From Azolla caroliniana (taxonomy: Eukaryota; Plantae; Polypodiophyta): a stretch of DNA of 64,000 bases. Below, piece by piece: positions 44,933 through 57,950 of this stretch. The stretch covers positions 7,378,001-7,442,000 of the forward strand of contig JBHGNT010000004.1 of assembly GCA_043228905.1 (NCBI GenBank). Direction: 5' to 3'. Position 1 is the first letter of the stretch. Each line of letters starts with the position of its first letter. A program made the translations under genes and the position numbers. Under the pieces are notes generated by a model. It saw only the letters and a program-made list of their open reading frames with translations. It searched no databases and was not told the DNA's origin.

Positions 44933-47355
44933 AATGCACTTTAAATGTTTTATAGCTTAGACTTCCTTCCAAAAACTTGATATCCTCTCATTTTATTACA
45001 TAGTGATTCTCCCTCTCCCTTCATTACTGCATTATTTTAAGAAAAAGTTCAATATCAACTAACATGCTAAAGGGGCCAACATTAAGAACACATACTTGTA
45101 GGTGCAAACGTGTACGTCAAAAGTTTGCAAATGTGGTCTATGTAGGATGTGTTTTGTGAAGGGAATGCTTCTAGAGAGTAATAGATGGTGACATTTTTGT
45201 TGCATAGACAAAGTGATCAGCTTTAAACCAAGTGCATTTAGATAAAACGCCACCTTTTGAAGAATGACATTCATCAAGTAACTTTATCCACCTGTCCAAA
45301 ATTATTGAACTGATTGTTGTTTGTTGCTTACATGTTTTCTCCAGCGGAATAAACACATTGTATCCATTTGAACATTAGGAACCAAGAGATATATATACAT
45401 ATACAATGAGGTTCAGATTTGCAACCGAACCATAAATGCTGTGCATCACCCTATTGATGATAATTCATCTAAAAACATAATATATATTGTATATATTATA
45501 TTCATTACCATCCAACCAATCTAGACACAACTCCCCTTAATGGAGAATTTAAAAGTATAATAAAAATTGTATATATTCTATTCATTATCTTCGAATCAAT
45601 GTATAGACAACTCCCCTTGGGGACAATTTAACTTCACAAAAAAGCAAATAATTGATCAACATTGTATGGTAGAAACAATCCAATGTTCTAATTATTTATG
45701 ATAAGTATTGGAAGTAGCTATTCATTTAAGTGAAATAAATGAAGTCACATGGTGGGTCACTGGGATATAAGTGGATTTGTTATGGCTGCCAGAGGGATAT
45801 GACATGTTACACCATCATCTAAAGCCGAATATTGTTAGGAATGTTGTGCTCACCATGATATACTTCTTGATTGTTTTGAGTAGTCTACTTTGGAAGGCAT
45901 ATTGTAAACCCCACATGTATTAGCATTTCCAAAACGTAATGGCATTAATTAACACCCCTTGGGTTGTTCGATGTGATATGTTAAGGTATCCTTTTAGCAT
46001 CAAATTGGTAGGGACGAAGATGCACAATCTTAAACAAAAATTGCAAAGAATATCTACAATTAAATCTGCATCAAAATTCTCCTAATCAAGACTAAAAGCC
46101 ACAAACCTCAATGTTTCGAACAACAAGCTTTACTGCACTATCATGTTTATCAGTTTTATTGGCAAGGAGTGTCTTATTTTTGACATGCAATTTATTGTTA
46201 TGTAGGTCTTCATAGCAATCCCAAAGTAGGGATTAAGAAAGACTTTATCAGTTTTATTGGCAAGGAGTGTCTTATTTTTTACATGCAATTTATTGTTATG
46301 TAGGTCTTCATAGCTTACAGCAAATTTCTCTGTTTCTCTCAGGTATTGTTCCATCATCACCCTGTGTAAATGTACCGGATGTCTACCCCTTTGCATGTAA
46401 CTGTTATGTTTTCTTCCCATCATATTTTGTTCCCACAGTACGTATAAACAAAGAATAAACTAACCTCAATTAAAAGAGTTAAAAAGAACACATAATGTAA
46501 GAAGTAAACTCCTGAACTAAGTAAGGTGTGATGAAGCCGTATAAGTTTCATGCAACACATTCTACAATGTTGTATTTCAAGGGACCTTCTTTCACATTAA
46601 CCTGTGGTTGCCATGTTAAGTATGTATGCACACATCATGATTCAAACTCGAATGATCTATCTATTGCCATTGCCTTCTTATGAAGCAACATCTCATCAAA
46701 CGGTAGTGCACCATATTTCCAACATAACTGTGCTTAAACGCAGAATCATGTCATATCCCTCTGGAGATCTCGACATTGGCACAATGCAAAATAACCACTA
46801 CGTTGTAATTTGGAACATAATACAACCCACAGCTTTCACTGAGATCTCGACATTGGCATGTTTTTCTTAAATTTTAACGATGAGGATGATAACAATTGCT
46901 ACAAAATAGTACATTGGCTTTCTTTCTTACAAGCATTTTGATCTATCATTTGCTGAGAAAAAAAATGATTGAAAATAGTTTCCCGCATGCCTCTATCCCA
47001 GATGACAATGTGGCTAACAAGATTCATAAAATGCTAATAATCATAGATCTAACATATCTCGGAACATGATCGTATATAGGATCTCTCTCTCTCTCTCTCT
47101 CAAACGGCTGCTAAATGTAGCAAACAAAGATCCATTAATCTCAAGCACAAGCTCTTATAATCATAAACCAATGGTAGATCTAACATCTACTGACAAAATG
47201 AATGTAGGTAGAGTCATTACAAACTGATGATACAAGGTAGATGATCAAATCTATAAAGACGATATGGAAGAGGAGAAAACGGATAGGTCGGAGTAAGGTA
47301 TGGCATGTTTATATACAAAAAAGAATCAGATCTCAATTGCCAGATATTATTCCCT

Positions 47356-47459
47356 TCAAAACAAGTTGAATGGGAATGCATCGATGGGATGCATGAGGTA
47401 TGTGACAGCGAGAGCCACAAACATTAACGTATAAGCAATGCCAAGGTCGATGCTTGATC
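47356..47459 (-). CDS. Arabinogalactan peptide (AGP16/20/22/41 type), exon 2: GPI-anchor signal region
   Basis: Acceptor TTTTTTGCAG|GA, phase 1. Translates (G)SSIDLGIAYTLMFVALAVTYLMHPIDAFPFNLF*, matching the family motif SDGxSIDQGIAYxLMxxALxxTYLxH. Confidence 0.93.
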
Positions 47460-48306
47460 CTGCAAAAAAACACAGAACAAAATGGCGTTAGATCGTTATA
47501 TCTGCGTTTAACGAACTATAAAGCTACTAAAAACAGGAATCTGGCAGTATCCGTGTGGAAAATAGAATTGCAGCATTCTATATATGTATAAAGGGAATGC
47601 AAGCAGAGTAAACAATATATACGCGAGCGTCGATCAAAGAAGGAAAAGTGGGAAAATACGATTCAATATATAGAAGGCGCAGATGTGAGAATTCGTGACG
47701 TTTTAAGAAAATCTACGCCTGCGAGGTATGCAAATGAATGATCGAAGAGGATAGGTGCTCCGGTTTAAAATTTTCAGGAGTGATCCACATCTGAATATAA
47801 CGCAGAGAGCAAGTTCCAGGTTTCCGTTGGAAGAGAAGAAGGCAGGGCTCTTTAAATAAAGCAGAGAGGTATATTGGCCAATATAGTAAGATCTGTGCAG
47901 AATGAAATCAAACAAAAGAGCAAATATGACAAGGTAATGAAGGACAAAGGAGAACACAAGAAGGAAATGAAGCTTGCCACTGGAATAAGCAGAATGTAAA
48001 GACGAAGACGGAAAATGGAGATAAAATAATGGTCAAAAAATAGAAAGGAAAGAGAGGAAAAAATAGACGAAGGAATAGATGCTTTACTGTATGAATTAGG
48101 GGTAAGAAAAATGAGAAGAAAAAGAGGACGAGGAGGATGAAGCAGATGCGGAACAAAGAGTGTTAAACAGAAGAAATGGATAGATTAAGGAAGAAAAATG
48201 AGAAAAACAAAGGAGCAAAAATAGATACTTGCCATGTTTTCAGTAATGATTATAAAAAACAGGAGTTCTTTGTCCGAGATAGAAATTAAGGGAGAGATAT
48301 ATTTAC

Positions 48307-48454
48307 CATCGCTAGTCGGAGAAGGAGCGGGAGCTGCAGAAGGCTGGGCTTGAACAGAAACAATGGAGGTGAAGTGGAGGAAGAAGAAGGAGAAGAATAG
48401 GAGAGAGAAAAGTAGGGAGATGAGGAGAGACGACGAGGATTTGGGGGTCGCCAT
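48307..48454 (-). CDS. Arabinogalactan peptide (AGP16/20/22/41 type), exon 1: signal peptide and AG glycomodule; spliced product 83 aa
   Basis: MATPKSSSSLLISLLFSLLFFSFFFLHFTSIVSVQA|QPSAAPAPSPTSD-G, then donor G|GTAAAT. The 847-bp GT-AG intron (47460-48306) joins in frame to exon 2. Confidence 0.93.
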
Positions 48455-50281
48455 AGCCAGAAAGGATGGAAGCGAAATCAAATAGCACACAGGAGGGGGT
48501 GAAAAGACAGAAACTACAGAGACAATGAGAGGCAAGAAGAAGAAGCAGAAGAAGGTAGTCTTGCTCTCTCTCCCTTCCCTCTCTCTCTCTCTATCTCTCT
48601 CTCTGTCTTTTCTAGTGTTGCTGCTGCTGCTGCTTCTTCTTCTGCGGATAGATGGGGGCGGGGGAGAAGACAGCTCTCTCTTCTCTGCATAAATAATGGA
48701 GTTTTTTTCAAAAAAAGATACAAAATTTAAAAGAAAATGGAAAAAGAAGGGGTGGGGGGGGGGGGGGGGGGGGGGTCAAGGCATGACAATCCAGCTTTTG
48801 CTTTTCTGGAATTACCGTTGATTTTGGCCGTTCCGCTTTTACTTGCTTTTGTTTTTCCATTTCAGTTGGGTTTTGTTGTTTTTTAATCCCCCTGGAGGCA
48901 AGGGGGGGGGGGCCTTTTCAATTGGCTTTACATATGGGCACATGCAAACATGCCCACCACCACCACCACTTGCCATCTCTGTCTGTTTGTTTGTCTGTCT
49001 GTCTGTCTGCCTATTTGTGCCTCTGCATTGGTAGGTAGGTCTCTTCTCGGGTCATGCTTATTGCCTCCCCATTGTCGACGATACGATTACGTAGGCCCAC
49101 CTTTGTCATCCCCCCCCCCCCCCCCCCCAGGTCACATTGGCATGCTCGCGTACTTTCTCCCCATTGCGGCTACTAGGAACTCATCTCACACATACATCCC
49201 CTTGTTCTCTCTCTCTCTCTCTCTCTCAAAAAGTAAATAAATTGATCATCATTGTTGTACATAATGCCTCATGTGCGCTTGCATCCATCACCTGTTGAGC
49301 TTTGTGGACCCATCACACTCACCTCTCTCTCTCTCATGCCAGATCACTAAAGGAATCTTCACCAATACATTAGGGAGTGGAGTGATGCTCTCCTCCTCTT
49401 TGACGCACTTTACCCCCCATTTCCAAATGTTAAGAAAATGGAGGTTGCTCTACTCTCTCGATTGGAATCTTGGCGCATTCATGGGTGGGGTATTCATGTG
49501 CTAGAGGTGGTGCTCGAATTATAGCGAATCTAGACCGAGGTTCCTGAAAGTAGGTGTAAAGCCCAACAAAATGCACCTTCAAATTCCAATGAAAATTTCT
49601 TGCGCTTGTTCCAAAGGGAAGGTGGTCAAGTCCCCATGACAACGTTGGAAAAGGGCAATTTTCTAGCTCATATCATAAAAACAAACAATTATGTTGTGCT
49701 ACGTATACATACTCTTTTCAAATATTAATTGCTAAGTGAAGTTTAAAACTTTAGAGGATGTTATCCATGAAGATTAAGAGGGATCAATTCTACAAGAATA
49801 AAAAATTATGGTCATGAAAAGTTTTAATTTCACATTCTCCATTATTTTCCCCTCACAAGTCTAGACAAGAGAGGTCCAAAGAATAGAATAGATTTTTCAT
49901 GTCCACAAGGCCAAATTTGAACTATGGGACCAAATAAACATATTTTCGTGTATGTATGTGATTTCGTAGTAAGAAGGGGGTTTAAGATTTTGTGGTAAAA
50001 ATTGTGTGTGAAAATAATGTGCATGCATATATGTGCTCACCCTTTTTGGTGTATATCTAAGTATGATGCTCTTGTCTATCTACAACCAAATAATAATTGG
50101 GGGTAGCAAGGTGATCTATGGAATGGATGGTTTAACGTATGCTTTGGGATTTTGTATGCAATTTGTACCATCGGATCAATGTAGATCAATAAAAGTGCAA
50201 ATCATATGCCATTTATTTCTAACTCAATTAATAATATATTCTTACTTGGAGGCCTAACGTGGTAACTATATTCTAACTCAA

Positions 50282-51159
50282 AATAATGTGAATGAACTAC
50301 AACTTACAAAATTTTGGAAATGGTTGTGGAGTATGCAGTTGCCGAAAAAAGTGATTTGTTTTCGTTTGTTGTTGATCCATTATGCTCTTCCTGTTGGTGA
50401 TTGGTTGAGGCAAAATCAACAATATGCTTGTGGAATGCATTGTGGTGCATCTACGGAATCTATTTTGCATTTGTTTTAGTTATGTCCCAAAATCAAGCAG
50501 TTCTGGAGTAAGTTGTTTTTATTACTTAGACACCATTATGCTCGTTCTACTTTCTCGTGGGGTGCAGTATTATGCGGAGTCCTTCATGCAGATGTTATGA
50601 AGTACGAAAGTATGCATGCTTCTCATGTTTTTCACTTTTCCAATGGGTACATCTATCTCACTTCATTTCCATATTTTATTCCACGGTTTAGAACTGAAAA
50701 TCTGGTTATTTGGCGTACTATTACGTCACTAGCTTTGTGGACAATATGGAAAATGAGATGCAAGGTTGTTTTTAATAATGCTCACATACATCTCGGTAAT
50801 ATGCTTATAGAATTCTTGTGGTTATTTGTCTAGACCAAACGTGGACAATATGATGATCTATAGGGTTCATCCGATGCTCAAAGGCAATGTCAAGTGGACT
50901 TTAAGAAATGGTGGCGAGGGCTTCACTTATTTTCAGATACGACTTTTGGTATGAAGTGGAATTATGCCATACCTCCTTTTTTATTGGATAGCTTGTAGAT
51001 TGTGCTCCATTTTTTCCTTATATGATATCATCTGTTTCATCATATGTTGGTAGTAGCTTTTGTATTACAATAGAGGTGAGATGAAATGTCTCCTTCCGTT
51101 TTCTATATGTACATTTCTCAAGTAATATACTAAGGTGTATCTTTCTTGAAAAAAAAAAA
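50282..51159 (+). mobile_element. 5'-truncated L1-type LINE (ORF2 C-terminal zinc-binding region, 3' UTR, poly-A)
   Basis: zf-RVT-like FWKWLWSMQLPKKV...CGMHCGASTESILHLF*LCP and LWTIWKMRCKVVF. A-tail at 51149-51161; ~18-bp TSD AACTATATTCTAACTCAA at 50264-50281 and 51160-51177. Confidence 0.88.
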
Positions 51160-51794
51160 AACTATATTCTAACTCAACTATAATATTTAACCTGACCATA
51201 TAGTCTAACTCAAGTATGATGATCTAGCCTAGTAAATATTGTCTAACCCATATATCCAATACGGTAATAACATTTAACCCATATATTCTAACCTCATTAT
51301 AATGATCTAACTTGGTGAAGCTCTATGGATTGAGAAGCAAAGAAGCTAGGGTAGTGAATCAAGAGGGCGTGTAAAACCAACATCACAAAGAGGCGACATG
51401 GTCATCGATCATTGGGACATTGCATTGAAACTCTAGGATTTTCCCTTAAGCTCTATTCATGAACTTATCTTTCCCAATTATTCTTTCCTCTTCTTCTTCT
51501 TCTTCTCCTCCTCATTCCTCAACATACATGTTGTTTAGGGTTTTATTTTCTTCTTCTTTGTGAAATTCAGGGTTCTTAGTCTTGTTTTATTTCTGAAAAA
51601 CTACCAATATTGTAATCATTTTCCCCAAAATCTTGTAAACCCTACTTTATAAAGGGAATTTTTTCTTAATCCAAAGTTTTCAACCTATAAAGGGGATAGT
51701 CTAGACTTAATATTATAAAATCTATTCATAATATCTTTGTGCTAATAACGTGTTTTAATCTTAATCTCGCACATAAATTGTTGTTCGGCTTGTC

Positions 51795-52235
51795 AGTACC
51801 TTCGACTTTGAGGAGCTTTCGACTCTTACGAGCCTTCAAGTCAAAGAAGCCATTGACTTTGAAGAGCCTTTGAATCTGACATACCTTCGACTCTATAGAA
51901 CCTTTGACTCTCAACTTACCTTCGAGACTATAGAGCCTTCGACTTTGCAGAGCCTTTGACCTTGTGTTACATTTGATTTGGACTTATCTTTGACTCTGGA
52001 TTACCTTTGATTCAACATGCTACTTTCGACTCTAAGCTACCTTTGACTATGGGTTACCTTCAACTCTGAGATGCCTTTGACTTTGGGTTATCTTTGACTT
52101 TGATTTCACTTGAACTCTATCGAACCTTCAAGTCTAACGACCTTTCGACTCCTAGGAGCTTTTGAATCTAACGAACCTTCCTGTCTAACGATCTTTTGAC
52201 TCTTAGGATCTTTCAACTTTGACGAGCTTTCGAGT
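51795..52235. repeat. Degenerate ~20-bp tandem array with core CCTTYGACT
   Basis: The motif recurs about every 20 bp (roughly 20 copies) across the interval. Confidence 0.75.
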
Positions 52236-52899
52236 CACTCGTCCTCTTTGGTTCAAGTTCCTTGTGGTCCCACTCAAATAGCACATGTACACGCATAACT
52301 TCACAATACCAGTGGATACAAATAGTTACATAAATACATTTTGAGTCAATGCATCTTGGACTCAACCATACTCTTGACAAGTAAAGAAACATTGGGTCAT
52401 GGATCTTCAAAATCATAGAATATCATACGTAAAAGTTGTCATTGATGTATGTTGTTACCAAATAATGCAAAGAGCTACACAAATGGACAAGTTGGGCCAA
52501 AGGATAAGAAAATAAGATACAATCACAAAGTCCCATTGGAATATACGAGGTAGATAAATGTATGGCACATGATATGCTTGTTGAAATTCAAACAAACCAT
52601 ACAACATGCTTGCAAAAAGGCATGCCCAAAGGTAAGTATATGGTTGTCATTGTGCTAGTGACCCAAGAAGATTTGGTAAAGGCATTCAAAGGAGCAAGTC
52701 ATCAAAATATTGTCGATGCATATTTCATGTAAATGTGAGAAAAATGAAGTGTGTAAGCATGAAATTGTGATAATTTATTTATGTATATGGCCATCATATT
52801 GAACATTATCCAAGATCTTTTCATGATTTCAATCATTTGCCTATACATCCAAATGTTGTAAATTGTTGCATGGATGATTTTTTATGTTGGATTTATAGT

Positions 52900-53332
52900 T
52901 AACAATCGGCAACGGATCGGTTCGGTTTGAGAGGGTCCAAACCGAAACGGTTTGAAACCGAACCAAACCACGAAACCATTACATTTTTTTCAAACCGTTA
53001 AGCCATTAAACCAGTAAAACCGCGGTTTCGTGGTTCGGTTTCAGTTTTAAGCTTAGGTCAAATTTTAAATTTTAAATTTTAAAATTTTTCCCAAAATTTG
53101 AAAATAAGGCATGAAAATGAAAAGATTATTTAAAAACAATTTTCTTTAAATTAAATTAAATTTTTTTTTTAAACTAAAAGAAAACCGTTAAACCATGGTT
53201 TCTAACTATTGAAACCGAATCAAACCGTTAAAAAAAACCCGAACTTGAACTAAACCGAACCGAACTGCTGAAACCGTTAAGCCGCGGTTTCACGGTTCGG
53301 TTCGGTTCAAACTAAACCGTTGCCGATTGTTA
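52900..53332. mobile_element. Non-autonomous hAT-type DNA transposon (MITE), 433 bp
   Basis: TIR TAACAATCGGCAACGG / CCGTTGCCGATTGTTA, perfect 8-bp TSD TTTATAGT (52892-52899 / 53333-53340), many subterminal AACCG/CGGTT motifs and an AT-rich core. Confidence 0.92.
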
Positions 53333-54039
53333 TTTATAGTGCATGTTGCCAAGATGAGCCTTTGGAAATAATCTTTTCACATGCCTAAGGCTACTCCATT
53401 ACAACATGTGTGCTAAATCTTCTTTATAATATCAAAGGAATTTGTTAGAATCATAATTAACATTAACCAAAATTAAAGAGGAAAATAACGAAGAAATAAC
53501 CCTAGTCCACCTGACCACCCCCTAGCAAGTGTCCCATTCCACCAGTGTACAAACATGGATTATACCTTGGATTTGTAGAAAAAGGAGGCACACATGTATA
53601 AAGCTAGAGCTTTGCCACACTATCAAAGTCTCTATCTCAAAACATAAAGTAACAGAGATGCCCCTTCATGAAGGTAGCTAGCCTTCTTATACAAGCTCAA
53701 ACTCTACGCCCTTGTGTGTGTTTCACACTTTGTTGTTTTTTTTATAAAAAGTACCTATGTGATGAAACACTCTAAAGTTATCTCCCTCAGTAAAATTGAG
53801 ATAACTCAATCCTCGCGCTTCATCCTTACAAATTATGTTACGTGCATAACCATAACTGATCATGAGGTAGATTTTTCGTAGTTTTCCCTAAACTTATGAT
53901 GAGTATGTGTGGGTTAATTTTGAAAGGAATGAGGGTATGAATTGTAATATTCAAATCTATGGTGTGGGATAACTATTAAGTGTGTTCACTTGACCACTTC
54001 AAATAAAGCAGTCAAGTGTGAACGCATTTGGGTTTTTCG

Positions 54040-55325
54040 CCTATATAAGGAACCTAAGTACCTTCTTATCAAAGTAGGCTTGATTTATGTCGAGACTATG
54101 ACAGTGTGACTATGGCTTTTTTATGGTAAGCACATGCGTTCCTCGCAAAACCCAAGGTACGACTCACATCAACCTCGATGGTATGGGACATCAAGAAGAT
54201 CCGGGTTTGTCTCATGCCATTGCTAAGGGGTGGTCGGGTGGTTTGGAAACCCTCTTTCCTTTCTTTGGCCTATATTCCTTATATTTTGCGTAATTAAATA
54301 GTTAGACTCTAACTGTAGGTATCAAAGCACATATTATCTATAGAAAAAGGTCCGGGATTTTCCCACGTGATTTTCTTGTGTAAGGTGTAAAGGTTCGTAG
54401 TTCACAAATTAGGTATTTATTCGTACATGTGAACACATTGTTCACCTAGATAGGACACCTCCTTTTGTAATGTGAACACACCTTTTTTGGGTTAACTAAT
54501 ATAATAACTTTTTTTCTCATGTACCAATTAAGGTGGTTGGGTACACCAAAATCTGTGTTTTTGTACTCTCATCTCTACTATAGTCCTGTTTGCTATACAT
54601 CATCCTCAATGGCAGCTCCCTCAAACATCTCTCTTTACCTTTAATTGGTATCAGATCCAAATTTCTTTCCTTTGCTTTGCTGCCGTTTTTTTAGATTCAG
54701 AATCAACAGAAAACTCTTCAGTTTTTCTTTCAATTCTTTCAAACCCTTTCCTATCTATATTCTACTCAATTTCTGAATAAATCTGTCATAAATCTTGGGA
54801 GCAATGGTCTCCACTTCAATTAAAGTGGAAATCCTCTTTGAAATCAAGAGATTTGATGGAAAAGGTTTCGAATTGTGGAAAGAGCCTATGTTGGGCATCC
54901 TCTTTCTGAGAGATTGTGAATATGCTCTCGTGGAAAAGAAACCAGAGAGCATGGAAAACTCTGAATAAGAAAGCCATTACATATATTAAAATGGTTGTTT
55001 CTGATGAGATTCTTGTAGATATAAAGGGCTTGATTAATGCTTGTCAAGTCTGGGAGAAACTTAAGACAACTTACAAGACTACTACTCTTGTGAATCAGGT
55101 GCATTTGATGAGAAAACTTGACAATATGAGGCTTGATGAGTCGGAAGGTGCAACAAAGCATCTATCGTTATTCACAAGTACTCTCTCCCAACGACAAGAT
55201 TTAGGATTACCAGCTTTTGATGACAAGCTCAAAGACATCTTCTTACTTATGACTTTACCCAATTCTTGGGAAATATTAGTTATTTCACTATCTAATAGCC
55301 CCAACTTGACCTTCTATTGTATATA
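54040..55325 (+). mobile_element. Decayed Copia 5' fragment (LTR part, PBS, gag)
   Basis: CTATATAAG at ~54041 and PBS TGGTATCAGA at 54646-54655. Gag FEIKRFDGKGFELWK...WKTLNKKAITYI...LLMTLPNSWE. The left boundary is approximate. Confidence 0.78.
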
Positions 55326-56859
55326 ATATGTACAAGAAGATGTGAGGACTTGCAAGGTAATGTGTCAACCAAACAACATGGACAAGACAAAGAAGCAGAG
55401 TATGCTCGATAGACCAAAAGCAAGAAGCAAGTAAGGTAGACAGTGTAAGCTTTAATGGAAACTAGTTTTTCTCTTCTGTAACTCTCTCTCTCTCTTTACA
55501 ATGATACAGTTGAGCTTATATAATCAAGCCCTAACTTTTGAACGTGTTTACACTAAGGATACAAAGTGGAAGGAGTCGGTCTTTTATGCCAACAAACTCC
55601 CTGGTAAAAGGGCTACTCTTCCTACATATACTAGTGATTGGGGTTATCTCCACCATCAATCAATCTAGGTTACAACTGTATACATACTAGATAGTTGGTG
55701 TTTAGCCGAATCTGCAGAGATAAAGTCGGGCTTAGCCTAATTCGACTAGTTATCCTGATCGTACTTTGTTCGGGTCGGCTTGTTTGAGTCGATTGGATCA
55801 ACTGGTTCAGATTGGTTTGTGTCGGATTCTGAGTCTCGGTCTCTGGTCGATCATTTGCTTTTCGCTGCTTGCTCCTGTGCTCCTCGTTGGATCCTCGATC
55901 TGTCTTGAGGTTCGTTTGTGTCACATTCTAGAATCGAACCTCTAACCTATAACACACCCATTACATAATGTTAGATAAACCATATGGAAACCCTTAAGTT
56001 ATATATAAACTTGTATATGGTTTAATATTGTATAGTCTAACATATACAACATTTAGAATATTCTACTCTTTAGTATATTCTAGAAATATTCTACGGCATT
56101 CTAAACGGGCATATTCTAGAGATATTTCTCAGGTATATTCTAGAGATATTCAATCTCAGAACTTTTATAAATTGTTGGAGTATGAGACCGTCAGTGTGGA
56201 AACATGAACAACAACTATGCTTAGATCACTAAGTTATCATGGTAGAGCAAGATCAAAGAGAAAGAGTGAGAAAGAAAGAAAGAAAGAAAGATATATTAAC
56301 TTCTTCTAATGCCAAAATTGGCCCATGAGACAAATGGTTTACAACAAAAAATGGGATATTTACCCATTCATTGAAAGTAAAAAATAAAAATAAGAATAGA
56401 GTTTTAAGCTAAATAGTTCTAGTAAAATAACAAACATGTTCTATATAAAAAACATGTTCTACAATGAAAATGATGTTATACTAGGCCTAATTTCATTTCC
56501 ATCCAAGTCTCTCGAAGAGAAGTGGGAGGTCAAAGGGTTTCGATGTGGATGTGGCTCGTGGTCCCAATGTAAAAGGTACCCCAACCATAGCTTCTAGTCG
56601 ACGTAGCTCACATTCCCTTATCTTCTTAATCTTCTCTACTCCGTGTCGACTTGTTTTGAAGCCCAACATCCGAGGGCGTTGTTTGTTCTTGGCATTTCGG
56701 CTTCCTCAAGAGAGAGCCTGAGCGGCATAAGTGTATCCACATTCATCGTCTCCCCTTGTTCCTGAAAAATTACACTAGTTACAAGTTGATGAATAGTAAA
56801 AGGGTTATGGTTAACACTTTGTAATTTATTCTCCCTATGTTATTTTAGCTCTAAGATAT

Positions 56860-57950
56860 ACCTACCTAGTCTCTTTACATCGAGGGTATCATAATAGTTT
56901 GGAGAGAGTGGGAGAGGGTCCTAATATGTCTTGGTACACAATATGTAATTGTATTATTCGATCTCAAAGTTACAATAGAATGGAGGCAACAACCTTACGA
57001 GCTATGTTACAAAGTCAATTATATACTAACTGAGCTAGGGCAACTTCCCTTTGACATATTTACAGAATTGTCCTAAACCTAGTCTATCCAAGGGGACAAT
57101 GTGAATACGACCATTAGACACTCGTATTCGACACTCCCCCATAATGGACTTATACACTAAGGAGGGACTTGTAATATGAAACAGAAGATACCGGTTATAC
57201 AAAGAGATGCTAGACTAGATCGGTTTGTAGTCGAATCGATGATGACCGAGAGGAAACAAAAGCCGAATCACCTTGTTTGGATGTCAAGGCCGATTGCTCG
57301 AAGCTATCTCTATTGTCCGACTTGATTGGATTGAATACTCCTTAAGCCCATCTAGTGCCGAAGTGACTGCAATCGGTCAGCTGCGAGACACTTGGTCATC
57401 CCATCTAATATGTTGTCGGTTGTGGAGATCTTCTCGAGGTCGAGCTTCTCTAAAGTTACACAGTCCCAAACAAGGTGATACCGAATGTTGATATGCTTGG
57501 AGGTGTTGTATGAACCAGGTTTTTCGATAGAACAACAACACCATGACTATCGTTATAGACAACTAGAGCCTAATTGGGGTCGGCTTGTCGAAATGTACAC
57601 GCTAGCTGACGGAGCCATAGAGCCTCTTTCGCTACATTAGACGCAACTACGTATTTGGCCTTAGTCGTTGAGGTGGTTGTACACTCTTGAAGTTTCGACT
57701 TCCATGAAATCGCTCTGTTGCCGGATTTGAAGCAGTATCTGGTTGTTGACTTTCGACTATCCACACAACCCGCAAAGTTTGAGTCGGTGTAATCGACTAT
57801 GCCTAGGTTCTTGTTTGAACTGAAGAGCATGCTAAGGTCTTGTGTGCCCACTAGGTATGTGAATACATGATTGATTGCATTCCAATGCAATTGGCCTGGG
57901 TTGTGCATGGATCTGTTGACGACTCTAATGGTGTGAGCAACGTCAGACCC
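56860..57950 (-). mobile_element. Copia 3' fragment (RT end, RNase H, PPT, partial LTR)
   Basis: ORF 57570-57992 has YTDSNFAG...RKSTT...ISWKSKLQ...KEALWLR. PPT complement CTCCCCC follows the LTR end TTCGACA at ~57133. The left boundary is approximate. Confidence 0.75.

Noticed and set aside
48185-48535. 116-aa single-exon membrane protein
   Set aside because: It is exon 1 of the AG peptide read through the donor site into a T-rich intron; the spliced form matches the family.
51795-52235. CRISPR-like repeat-spacer pattern
   Set aside because: The cores are only ~9 bp and degenerate, the spacers are short and related, there are no cas genes, and the context is eukaryotic.
55329-55954. Candidate solo LTR (TGTAC...TAACA) cutting the Copia gag
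   Set aside because: It is LTR-like in composition, but I found no matching TSD, partner LTR, PBS or clear PPT.
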